Origin: an uncultured virus (IMG/VR IMGVR_UViG_3300042882_000732)
Taxonomy: Duplodnaviria; Heunggongvirae; Uroviricota; Caudoviricetes
IMG/VR virus record: IMGVR_UViG_3300042882_000732
Coordinates: 51,394-71,393 of that record
Reading direction: 5' to 3' (one strand)
DNA length: 20,000 nt
Within the stretch, counting starts at the first letter, position 1. The number at the start of each line of letters is the position of its first letter. The notes under the pieces are model-generated. The model searched no databases. It saw nothing but the letters and a program-made list of their open reading frames with translations, and was not told the origin of the DNA. Both the position numbers and the translations under genes were made by a program. Shown one piece after another: positions 9,827 through 17,261 of the stretch.

Positions 9827-10813
9827 TTAATCTTTCTCTAGTTTTATATCTGAATCTACCATATCTTTTATTAAATTATCAAATGATATTTCTGGACGCC
9901 AGCCCAGTTCATTTTGAGCTTTTGTTGAAAGTCCTTTTAAATACTCTACCTCTGCTGGTCTATATAATTCAGGATCTATTTCGACGTATTCTTTATATGA
10001 CAATCCTGCGTAATCAAATGCTTTTCTAACAAAGCTTAATACTGAATGGCTTTCTCCAGAAGAAATAACATAATCAGAAGGAGAATCTTTTTGTAACATT
10101 AGATGCATAGCCTTTATATAGTCTTTTGCATGTCCCCAATCTCTGCTAGAATTTAAATTTCCAAGTTTAAGATTCTCATTAGTTTTTTTATTAATAACTT
10201 TGCCTATATATTTTGTTACTTTTCTTGTTACAAAGTTCTCGCCTCTTCTTGGGCTTTCGTGATTGAATAGTATTCCAGAGCACGTAAAAATATTATACGC
10301 ATTTCTATATATTTGAACCATTCTATGACTTGCTAATTTGGCAACACCATATGGATTTTGTGGCAAAAGTTCCGTATTCTCATCTTGGTATTTATTTCCT
10401 AAAGAATCAGTAGAGAAATTTCTACCAAACATTTCACTGGTACTTGCTTGATAAAATTTAGTATCTGCAGAATAATGCCTAATAGCCTCTAGTATATTAA
10501 TTACTCCAATAGTTCCTATCTCAAAAGTTGTTGAAGGTTGTTTGAAACTTGTTCCAACATGACTTTGTGATGCTAGATTATAAAATTCATCTGGCTGATA
10601 TTTAGAAATTAAAGATCCAACCACAGATGGATCTGTTACATCAAACTCCTCCAAATAAAAATTTGTATTCAATAAACTATGAGATAGTCTACTAAAATTA
10701 TTAACACTGGACCTTCTATGTAAACCAATAACTTTATATCCTTTTTCTAATAAATGATCCGATAAATAAGATCCGTCCTGTCCTGTTGCTCCGGATATCA
10801 TTGCTATTTTCAT
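9827..10813 (-). CDS. gmd: GDP-mannose 4,6-dehydratase
   Basis: GATGQDGSYL, YNLASQSHV, QASTSEMFG, YGVAK, FNHESPRRGENFVTRK, RDWGHAKDY, RPAEV all intact. Confidence 0.95.
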   Translation of the reverse strand: MKIAMISGATGQDGSYLSDHLLEKGYKVIGLHRRSSVNNFSRLSHSLLNTNFYLEEFDVTDPSVVGSLISKYQPDEFYNLASQSHVGTSFKQPSTTFEIGTIGVINILEAIRHYSADTKFYQASTSEMFGRNFSTDSLGNKYQDENTELLPQNPYGVAKLASHRMVQIYRNAYNIFTCSGILFNHESPRRGENFVTRKVTKYIGKVINKKTNENLKLGNLNSSRDWGHAKDYIKAMHLMLQKDSPSDYVISSGESHSVLSFVRKAFDYAGLSYKEYVEIDPELYRPAEVEYLKGLSTKAQNELGWRPEISFDNLIKDMVDSDIKLEKD

Positions 10814-10814
10814 A

Positions 10815-11642
10815 TCATTCCTCGTCCTTAATAATGCTTTCTGGAGTTAATAAAGGTCTATCTAATTTTTTATCATTATAAGAATGGTATTCTTGTAATT
10901 TATTCTTAAATTTTTCTGTAGCCATGGATAAAATTTCCATTTCTCTTCCTTCTCGTTCTCTTACTTCTTCATCTTCAAGCATTCTAATTAGTCCAACCCA
11001 GCTGCTTTTCCCATCTTCTATCCTTTTGATTCTTTGTTCTCTCGTTGCTTTAAGATCCTTACTGATTTTTTGCTGCTCATTAAGTAGTTTTGTATACTCG
11101 TTAGTATAATTAGCAATGCTATTACGAGCAAAGCTAAGTTGAGTTTCAAGATTGGCTAATTTTGGAATATCTCTTTGATCTTCTGGTTTTTCATATTCTT
11201 TATCTACTTGTCTTTGAAGTTTTTCAGTTTCTGCTATGTGCCTTTTTCTTTCTTTCATACTACGATTTATTAGAATATCTATTGTAATAAACTGTTTAAT
11301 TTGTAATTCTTCTGCTGGTAATACGTCTTCTCTAAATTGTTTAATAAGACTTACCCAAGTATTTTCGAAGTATTCTAGTTCGCCAGTGTCTTCGTCAAAT
11401 TGTCTTTTTATTTCAGACCAAAAGTTTTTACTGTGTAATTTAATTTTTAAATATTCTATTTCTTCTTTAGAATCACCAGCTAATAATTGTTCCTCATTAA
11501 TAAATCTTTTAATAGGATCTATATTTCTATTTAGATTATCTGCTATGCTTTGCAATGGCAGTCTTTGAACATTATCTCTGATGTATCTTTCTTCATCAAG
11601 ACTTAATTGTCCTCTTTTTTTAGGAACTTGTTTACTATCCAC
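10815..11642 (-). CDS. HTH + coiled-coil protein, candidate terminase small subunit
   Basis: N-terminal HTH-like LPLQSIADNLNRN, long helical region, upstream of terL. The TerS assignment is positional only. Confidence 0.4.
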   Translation of the reverse strand: MDSKQVPKKRGQLSLDEERYIRDNVQRLPLQSIADNLNRNIDPIKRFINEEQLLAGDSKEEIEYLKIKLHSKNFWSEIKRQFDEDTGELEYFENTWVSLIKQFREDVLPAEELQIKQFITIDILINRSMKERKRHIAETEKLQRQVDKEYEKPEDQRDIPKLANLETQLSFARNSIANYTNEYTKLLNEQQKISKDLKATREQRIKRIEDGKSSWVGLIRMLEDEEVREREGREMEILSMATEKFKNKLQEYHSYNDKKLDRPLLTPESIIKDEE

Positions 11643-12286
11643 TCGTTATCCTCCATTAATTTTTGAATATGTTTTTGCAATTTAACTAAATTTTGTTTTG
11701 ATAACTTTTCCCCATTTTTTAATTTGCAATAGTATTCTCTATATTCTGTCTCTATATTTTGATCTAGAAAATCTATAATCTCTTTATTTTGGATAGAAGA
11801 TAATAGGTTATTTTCTGAAAAAATAGGATTATCTATTTCATTATCAATATACGTTGGTTGCATAATATTTTTCTTAGCATCATTTCTAGCTGCCCAAGCC
11901 GCATATAAGTCACAATCTTTTTTATTAGTATATTTAGAGCATTGATTATTTGAACACTTGTATGCTTTATCAAAAAGGGGACAAGTAAAACATGGCTTAT
12001 CTGGTCTCTGGTAATTATTTCTTTTATAATTGAAAAGTCGATTTCTTACGTGGGTCCACAGAAAATTTTCTAATGGCCTAGAAGAGTCGTATTTTTCTAA
12101 TCCTTCTAAAGCAAAAATAGCAGCCTGCTGCTTCATATCATCAAATTCATGATAGCCAAACTTGAATTTATGGCCTAGTCTTTTTGTTATATTATCTAAT
12201 ACCTTTAAAAAGTCCTCTTCGGAAACATCTTTTGGTAAAGATTTATTATTAGTTATTTTTAACTTTTTCTGTTTCTTTTGTCTCAT
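11603..12286 (-). CDS. Sigma70-family-like factor (region 2) with Cys-rich insert
   Basis: DDMKQQAAIFALEGLEKYDSSRPLENFLWTHVRNRLFNYKR resembles sigma region 2; followed by CxxC-x8-C-x4-C-x8-C. Confidence 0.7.
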   Translation of the reverse strand: MRQKKQKKLKITNNKSLPKDVSEEDFLKVLDNITKRLGHKFKFGYHEFDDMKQQAAIFALEGLEKYDSSRPLENFLWTHVRNRLFNYKRNNYQRPDKPCFTCPLFDKAYKCSNNQCSKYTNKKDCDLYAAWAARNDAKKNIMQPTYIDNEIDNPIFSENNLLSSIQNKEIIDFLDQNIETEYREYYCKLKNGEKLSKQNLVKLQKHIQKLMEDNEWIVNKFLKKEDN

Positions 12287-12410
12287 CTAGTAACTCTGCT
12301 ATGGTCTTTGATTCTGGTAGATTTAATTCTTCTTCTGATATATGAAAATCAGCAGTTGCTTTAACATCTAATACAGATGGGACCAATTCAGAAAAATTTG
12401 GCTTATTCAT
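12249..12410 (-). CDS. Small hypothetical protein
   Basis: Likely start ATG 12410 (MNKPNF) behind AAGGAG, rather than 12437. Confidence 0.5.
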   Translation of the reverse strand: MNKPNFSELVPSVLDVKATADFHISEEELNLPESKTIAELLDETKETEKVKNN

Positions 12411-12420
12411 TAAAAACTCC

Positions 12421-12474
12421 TTGCGTAAAGTTAGCAACTCGTTACTATTATATAGTTTTATACACTTTAGTCAA
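12421..12474. promoter_or_regulatory. Overlapping opposed sigma70-type promoters
   Basis: Minus: TTGACT(12474-12469)-16-TATAAT(12452-12447), with AGTGTATAAA in the spacer. Plus: TTGCGT(12421)-16-TACTAT(12443). Confidence 0.55.
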
Positions 12475-12499
12475 TATTTAATTATGAAAGGACCATATT

Positions 12500-12730
12500 A
12501 TGGCAACATATAAAAGATGGAATCAGGAGGAGTTGGAGTTCATCAAAAATAATCAAAAGCTATTGAGTGATGAAGAGATGGCGGCAAAATTAGGTCAAAT
12601 GACTGGTGGTAATGTTACTACTGCTATGATTAGGAGACAGCGTAGAAAGCTTGGTATTCAAAAGCAAAAGGGTAGAAGGAAGAAAAATCCATCATTAGTA
12701 GTTTCTGTTGGAGAAAGCACAAATGTCTGA
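12500..12730 (+). CDS. Small basic HTH DNA-binding protein (Myb/GcrA-N-like)
   Basis: RWNQEELEFIK...SDEEMAAKLG...VTTAMIRRQRRKLGI; RBS AAGGA. Confidence 0.65.
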   Translation: MATYKRWNQEELEFIKNNQKLLSDEEMAAKLGQMTGGNVTTAMIRRQRRKLGIQKQKGRRKKNPSLVVSVGESTNV

Positions 12731-13121
12731 TAAGAAGCCATTCGGATATAGTTATTTTCTAGACATGTATAATACTAAAGAAGGAACAGCGGATGATCTA
12801 GAATTAGTATATAGATTTTTAGAAAGACTGGTTGATGAAATAGGAATGACAAGAATGACTCCTCCTATAGTTATTCATGGTCCAACGGATCATGGTAAGG
12901 AAATTTATGCAGATAAGTATGGCGTAAGTGGGTGGGTTGGATTAATCGAAAGTGGTATACAAATACATGCTATAGAGGCAAAAAGATTTATTAGTTTAGA
13001 TGTTTATTCTTGCTCTTGCTTTAAGCCCGAAACAGTATTAGAGTTTGCTAAGAAACATTTTGGTTTTGATAAATATGAGGATCATTTCTTAGAAAGAGGA
13101 CTTGAATATCATAATACATGA
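12723..13121 (+). CDS. speD: S-adenosylmethionine decarboxylase-like pyruvoyl proenzyme
   Basis: GVSGWVGLIES-GIQIH...LDVYSC matches class 1b AdoMetDC (E|S cleavage site, His at +5, Cys). Start likely 12723 after GGAG. Confidence 0.82.
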   Translation: MSDKKPFGYSYFLDMYNTKEGTADDLELVYRFLERLVDEIGMTRMTPPIVIHGPTDHGKEIYADKYGVSGWVGLIESGIQIHAIEAKRFISLDVYSCSCFKPETVLEFAKKHFGFDKYEDHFLERGLEYHNT

Positions 13122-13150
13122 TGGATATCTTTCTATATTTGACTAAAGAG

Positions 13151-13180
13151 TGGGCCAGTTTTTACTGGTCCATTTTTTTT
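13151..13180 (+). terminator. Rho-independent terminator
   Basis: TGGGCCAGT-TTTT-ACTGGTCCA followed by T8. Confidence 0.85.
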
Positions 13181-13750
13181 ATCTTTTAATAACTCATTCT
13201 GAGTTGCTAAAAATTATGTGGCCACGTCTTTCTGCATAATCCAGTTGCCGCGTTATTAAAAGATGGTAAGCCCAATTAGCTTATTTAAATATATGTCATA
13301 GGGATCTTGCTACTTATGAATTTATGATTTGGTATTTGTGGTGCAGATGGGAGTTAATATCACCAAAAAATAAATAATTATGTAAACTGGCCAATTATAA
13401 TAATAGGGGTGAGATTTTTTAAAAAATATTTGTAATTGATTCTTAGGTTCTATGATGATAAAGATTCATGAATATTATTTTGTGGTGCAGGATGGTGGGG
13501 CAATATGGCCAATTGGTAGTAAAAGTTTGTGTGATTTAGAACTGGGGTCTTTAGGTATATGGATATGGTGATTATGGATACAATATAAAAGATTATTATG
13601 GGGGAATTAGGCTAATAAACTGGCCAATTATATTATAGAGTCCCCTATTGTGTTTGTACCACCCCGGGTTTTATGGGAAAATCATGGGAGTCCTTTGGAA
13701 AACAAAAAAACCCCCTGGGCAAACCAAAGGATTTTTATAAGGCTATGGGG
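13181..13750. repeat. Non-coding region with dispersed direct repeats
   Basis: TAAACTGGCCAATTATA at 13383 and 13616; TTTGTGGTGCAG at 13335 and 13479; further GCCAATT copies; no ORF in track. Confidence 0.7.
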
Positions 13751-13837
13751 CCAATTTTGACGTAAAGTGTTGTAGGGTATGGGTTTATGTATAATCGGGT
13801 GATTGATACTATCTTGTGTTTAAGAGAATAATATATT

Positions 13838-13853
13838 TGGCACGAAATTTGCT
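13838..13853 (+). promoter_or_regulatory. sigma54 -24/-12 site
   Basis: TGGCACG-AAAT-TTGCT, full consensus with GG-N10-GC. Confidence 0.75.
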
Positions 13854-13887
13854 CTAAAAATATTTTTATTTGGCACGAAAATATATT

Positions 13888-13927
13888 TCAAGATTTGTCT
13901 TGCAATGGCCGATAAATATGGTATAAT
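13888..13927 (+). promoter_or_regulatory. Overlapping sigma28-like and sigma70 promoters
   Basis: TCAAG-15-GCCGATAA; TTGCAA(13900)-16-TATAAT(13922) with extended TG. Confidence 0.7.
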
Positions 13928-13954
13928 AGCAGCACACAAGAAAGAAAGGCCAAA

Positions 13955-14092
13955 ATGCTGACTCTCATTCAGGTTGGTAAGAAGTATAAGGTATATAGGA
14001 TGGATTCGAATAAGAATGATGGGAAAAATAGGAAGTTGCTTGGTACGTTCAAGAATAGTGAAGAAGCCATCCGATTCATGAATGCCTCTTGA
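13955..14092 (+). CDS. 45-aa AP2-like microprotein, paralog 1
   Basis: MLTLIQVGKKYKVYRMDSNKNDGKNRKLLGTFKNSEEAIRFMNAS; purine-rich RBS; homologous to 15508 and 16461 ORFs. Confidence 0.8.
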   Translation: MLTLIQVGKKYKVYRMDSNKNDGKNRKLLGTFKNSEEAIRFMNAS

Positions 14093-14117
14093 CAAGTAAG
14101 GGAATAAGGTATATAGT
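14089..14117 (+). promoter_or_regulatory. sigma70 promoter
   Basis: TTGACA-17-TATAGT; the -35 contains the upstream stop codon. Confidence 0.75.
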
Positions 14118-14141
14118 ATGATCACTCTACAGGAAAAGAAA

Positions 14142-14330
14142 ATGAATAGCCTCGACAAGATTATGGCCGCTATGCGTGCTGGCAAGTATGGCAGTGTGAT
14201 TGACCCAAAGGGCAACGCTCATGTGGGCATCATCAATGCTATCATGCGTGAGGATGGTAGTGGGCGTAACTGGATTGTGAGCATTACTAACAAGACAAAA
14301 AATGAACAAGTATTCATACATGCTACCTAA
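14142..14330 (+). CDS. Hypothetical early protein
   Basis: MNSLDKIMAAMRAGK..., after AGGAAAAGAAA. Confidence 0.7.
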   Translation: MNSLDKIMAAMRAGKYGSVIDPKGNAHVGIINAIMREDGSGRNWIVSITNKTKNEQVFIHAT

Positions 14331-14452
14331 GGGGGGTATGTTAAATTTAGAAAAATGGGGCGGCCCGATTTGACGTAAAGTATTGCTGTATATAGACTTA
14401 TGGCTAATCATATGATCGACACGATGTTATGTTTAAGGGAATACTATATTCT

Positions 14453-14541
14453 TGGTATGACATTTGCTACTGGTATCCTTACGACATTGTAAGGAAACTT
14501 TGTGCTTGCAATCTAAAGTGGATTCTGTATAATGACGATAT
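14453..14541 (+). promoter_or_regulatory. sigma54-like site, palindromic operator, overlapping sigma70/sigma28-like promoters
   Basis: TGGTATG-ACAT-TTGCT (14453); CCTTAC-N6-GTAAGG (14477); TTGCAA(14506)-16-TATAAT; TAAAG(14514)-15-GACGATAT. Confidence 0.7.
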
Positions 14542-14563
14542 AAGAGAAAAGGGAGAAAAAGAA

Positions 14564-14728
14564 ATGACATACTTCGCTCAAATCGTAGACGCTTGGGATT
14601 GTGAACTGGATTTCATCGGCCCGTTTTATACTGAGGATCAGGCAACTACTGCCGCTTTCGATAAGTGGGATGGTGAGGATGGGTGTAGGGTAAATATCAT
14701 CAAAAGGCTTCCGGCTTTTGCTCACTGA
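14564..14728 (+). CDS. Hypothetical small early protein
   Basis: MTYFAQIVDAW...FIGPFYTEDQA; RBS GGGAG; start reassigned from 14429. Confidence 0.65.
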   Translation: MTYFAQIVDAWDCELDFIGPFYTEDQATTAAFDKWDGEDGCRVNIIKRLPAFAH

Positions 14729-14748
14729 AAAAATATTTTCTAGTGGGG

Positions 14749-14776
14749 TTGACGTAGGATTGCCGATAAGTATACT
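14749..14776 (+). promoter_or_regulatory. sigma70 promoter with GCCGATAA in spacer
   Basis: TTGACG-16-TATACT. Confidence 0.65.
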
Positions 14777-14793
14777 AGGGAAAAGGAAAAGAA

Positions 14794-14988
14794 ATGACAC
14801 TGAATACAGAAATCTCGACAACGTATGATGGTAAGCGATATACGGGCTTGGTTGTAGAAATCAAGAAGATGAGCAATCGTGAGTTGATCACGATCATGAT
14901 CGAAGATGATACGCGGAATGATGGCATAGGGTATCGTAGCCTTTATGCCGATAAGATGAGCGAAACTTCCGAAAACCTTTTTGCATAA
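14794..14988 (+). CDS. Hypothetical early protein
   Basis: 64 aa; promoter and purine-rich RBS upstream. Confidence 0.7.
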   Translation: MTLNTEISTTYDGKRYTGLVVEIKKMSNRELITIMIEDDTRNDGIGYRSLYADKMSETSENLFA

Positions 14989-14998
14989 GGATCATACA

Positions 14999-15235
14999 AT
15001 GAGCAATGACTTTGTATACGATATGAGCGAAATCAATGAGGAAGATATGTTCAAGGCTTGGGAAGAAATGGTAGCCGAAGATGGTAGCATCTGGGAAACG
15101 GGATACGGGGACGATGACGATTATATTCCGGGCCTCGATGACGGAGAGGGCTATGATTCGATCATGGGTGACGAATACCCCGAAACGGATGATGAATGGC
15201 TCGACGATTTCCAAGGCGAGGAGGAGTTTGCCTAG
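14999..15235 (+). CDS. Highly acidic small protein
   Basis: MSNDFVYDMSEINEED...WLDDFQGEEEFA; RBS AAGGA; a single Lys and no Arg. Confidence 0.7.
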   Translation: MSNDFVYDMSEINEEDMFKAWEEMVAEDGSIWETGYGDDDDYIPGLDDGEGYDSIMGDEYPETDDEWLDDFQGEEEFA

Positions 15236-15363
15236 GGGGATACACCCCCCACTAGGGGGAAAGGCTTGACGTAAACCATTGCTGCATAAGCATTTACAGC
15301 AAAGCCGCGGGCTCAGGTTTGACGTAAAGTATTGCTACATAAGGATTTGCGGCGAATCGCTAC

Positions 15364-15486
15364 AGCAAACGGTGTGCTAAAAGAAAAAATGTTTTTTGGC
15401 ATGATATTTGCTGAAGATAACCTTACGATATTTTAAGGAAATATTTTACTTGCAATCTAAAGAATGACCGGGTATAATGTCGATAT
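15364..15486 (+). promoter_or_regulatory. Back-to-back sigma54-like sites, operator, overlapping sigma70/sigma28-like promoters
   Basis: Minus TAGCACA-CCGT-TTGCT (15379-15364); plus TGGCATG-ATAT-TTGCT (15397); CCTTAC-N6-TTAAGG (15421); TTGCAA(15450)-17-TATAAT; TAAAG(15458)-16-GTCGATAT. Confidence 0.7.
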
Positions 15487-15507
15487 AAGGAATAGAGGAG
15501 AAAACAA

Positions 15508-15660
15508 ATGAACACTTCGCTCGAACAGCACGGTAAGGTTTTCAAGGTATTTCAGATTATTTCCGGTGCGTATGACGGGAAAAATCGTAAGTTACTAGGC
15601 AAGTTCAAGACTTCCGAAGATGCTATACGCTTCATGAATCGTATCTCTTCGTCTAGGTGA
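15508..15660 (+). CDS. 50-aa AP2-like microprotein, paralog 2
   Basis: MNTSLEQHGKVFKVFQIISGAYDGKNRKLLGKFKTSEDAIRFMNRISSSR; RBS GAGGAG. Confidence 0.8.
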   Translation: MNTSLEQHGKVFKVFQIISGAYDGKNRKLLGKFKTSEDAIRFMNRISSSR

Positions 15661-15663
15661 AAA

Positions 15664-15873
15664 ATGAACAGCAAAACGATTGCAAAAGAGTTGAAAAAGA
15701 TAGGCTACACGCTCAAGCGTACTTCCGATGTTGAAGCGCGTTGGATGGTTCGTTCAGATGTGCTTACCTACCATTGGGATTTCAAAGATCTGAAAGGCGT
15801 AGAGCGTTTCATGGTTGACGAGCGTGCCATGTATAGGTACGCTAAGGCGAACGGTGCTACTCTTCGCAAATAA
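15664..15873 (+). CDS. Hypothetical early protein
   Basis: 69 aa, starts 3 bp after the upstream stop. Confidence 0.65.
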   Translation: MNSKTIAKELKKIGYTLKRTSDVEARWMVRSDVLTYHWDFKDLKGVERFMVDERAMYRYAKANGATLRK

Positions 15874-15884
15874 TAAGGGGAAAG

Positions 15885-16094
15885 ATGCAAGTTTTCGATC
15901 ATAGACTTTTGGTTGCTGTTCCTGCGAACAAGTGGATTGGAGAATGGATTCAACGTGACCCATCCCCTATTTATAGGGGGACGCTGGCGGCACAGTTGCG
16001 ACTTATACGCAAGAGGCACGGAACCCCCCACGCGAAGGGGTATCGAGACCATATGGTGTGGATGGGGAGCTATCCCCCCAAGTATAGGGGGTAA
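15885..16094 (+). CDS. Hypothetical basic early protein
   Basis: 69 aa; RBS AAGGGG; stops just before a palindrome pair. Confidence 0.55.
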   Translation: MQVFDHRLLVAVPANKWIGEWIQRDPSPIYRGTLAAQLRLIRKRHGTPHAKGYRDHMVWMGSYPPKYRG

Positions 16095-16193
16095 TTAGAC
16101 GTAAACCCTTGATGGATAATCATTTACGAAAAATCCGGGACCACCGATTTGACGTAAAGCATTGTGGCGTAATGACTTATGACTAGTGAATAT

Positions 16194-16428
16194 AGCAAAT
16201 ACTGTGCCGCGGAATAAAAAATTTTAAGCCTAAAAAAGAGGCATGGTAAGATGGGTAATCCGTTGCAAAATGCTACAATGGTAGTGTTTGACGGCCAAAA
16301 TCACTAACGCAAAATGCTACAGGGTGTTGCAAAATGCTACGCTTAAAAAGGGGGATCAAAAAATGTCATAGCGTTTTTCCCGAGCGAAACGCAAAAAAGA
16401 ATAATCTATGTTTGGCACACCGATTGCT
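16194..16428. promoter_or_regulatory. Divergent sigma54 sites flanking three enhancer-like repeats
   Basis: Minus CGGCACA-GTAT-TTGCT (16209-16194); GCAAAATGCTAC at 16265, 16309, 16329; plus TGGCACA-CCGA-TTGCT (16413). Confidence 0.7.
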
Positions 16429-16460
16429 CTATATATAGGTATAAGAAAGAGAGAGTGAAA

Positions 16461-16604
16461 ATGGAAACGCTGGTTCTAATCGTCGTAAAGGGTAAGTATA
16501 AGGTTTATAGGGAAACCAAGTATCCCAACGGATATTCCCGTAGGCTTCTGGCAACCTTCAAAACTTCTTACAATGCCGAAAGGTTCATGAACTCTCGCCC
16601 ATAA
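16461..16604 (+). CDS. 47-aa AP2-like microprotein, paralog 3
   Basis: METLVLIVVKGKYKVYRETKYPNGYSRRLLATFKTSYNAERFMNSRP. Confidence 0.75.
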   Translation: METLVLIVVKGKYKVYRETKYPNGYSRRLLATFKTSYNAERFMNSRP

Positions 16605-16674
16605 GGGGGGTATGCAAGGCGAGAAAAGTTTCCTAGAATCATTCCAGTATCACCAACCAAGAGAGAAAAAGAAA

Positions 16675-17004
16675 ATGGCTACCAAGTTCAAGATTATCGA
16701 AGATGCCAAGCGTCAGGTTCGCATGTGCTTTCTTGGAATCGCAATCCCTCACCAACCATCACTCGCTGATGGGGTATATGGCCCGATCCGTAGCGAGAAG
16801 GTTTTGAAGTTCAATCGCAAGGCGTTGCGTAATGCTGGTAGTATCAAGGCTGAAAAAGCCGATCCCCGCTATAAGGGGGGTGACGATCTTATGATCGTAA
16901 AGGTTGGCAAGCCAGGTTCGGCTGAACGTAAGGCCGCATTGGCCGCACAGTATGAGGCGATTCTTGCTTGTGGAGAGGAAGTCTCCCCCTTCTCGGAGGG
17001 GTGA
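16675..17004 (+). CDS. Hypothetical early protein
   Basis: MATKFKIIEDAKR..., after a purine-rich tract; start reassigned from 16612. Confidence 0.65.
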   Translation: MATKFKIIEDAKRQVRMCFLGIAIPHQPSLADGVYGPIRSEKVLKFNRKALRNAGSIKAEKADPRYKGGDDLMIVKVGKPGSAERKAALAAQYEAILACGEEVSPFSEG

Positions 17005-17193
17005 CATCCGTACACTAGTGCTCAAAGATTTGATGATACAAAATCTTGACATCTAATCATTTAGAAAAATGCGGGCGGACCCAGTTTGATCTAAAGCGTT
17101 ATGGCATATATACTTACGACTAATATGCTGATCGATACGATCTTCTGTTTAAGAAAATAAAATATTTTGGCACAAGATTATTTTTATTTTTCT

Positions 17194-17235
17194 CAAAGAT
17201 TTTCTTATTGACATGACGATAATATGTAGTATAAT
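17194..17235 (+). promoter_or_regulatory. Overlapping sigma28-like and consensus sigma70 promoters
   Basis: CAAAG-16-GACGATAA; TTGACA(17208)-16-TATAAT(17230). Confidence 0.75.
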
Positions 17236-17261
17236 CAAGGTATCATAACGGAGAGAAACAG

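Noticed and set aside
1759..11568. Plus-strand ORFs in the late block and the 1084-1275 ORF
   Set aside because: Antisense or out-of-frame shadows of well-supported genes.
9827..13121. gmd and speD as flanking host chromosome (prophage edge)
   Set aside because: Both are tightly coupled to phage-type genes and share the AT-rich composition of the late block.
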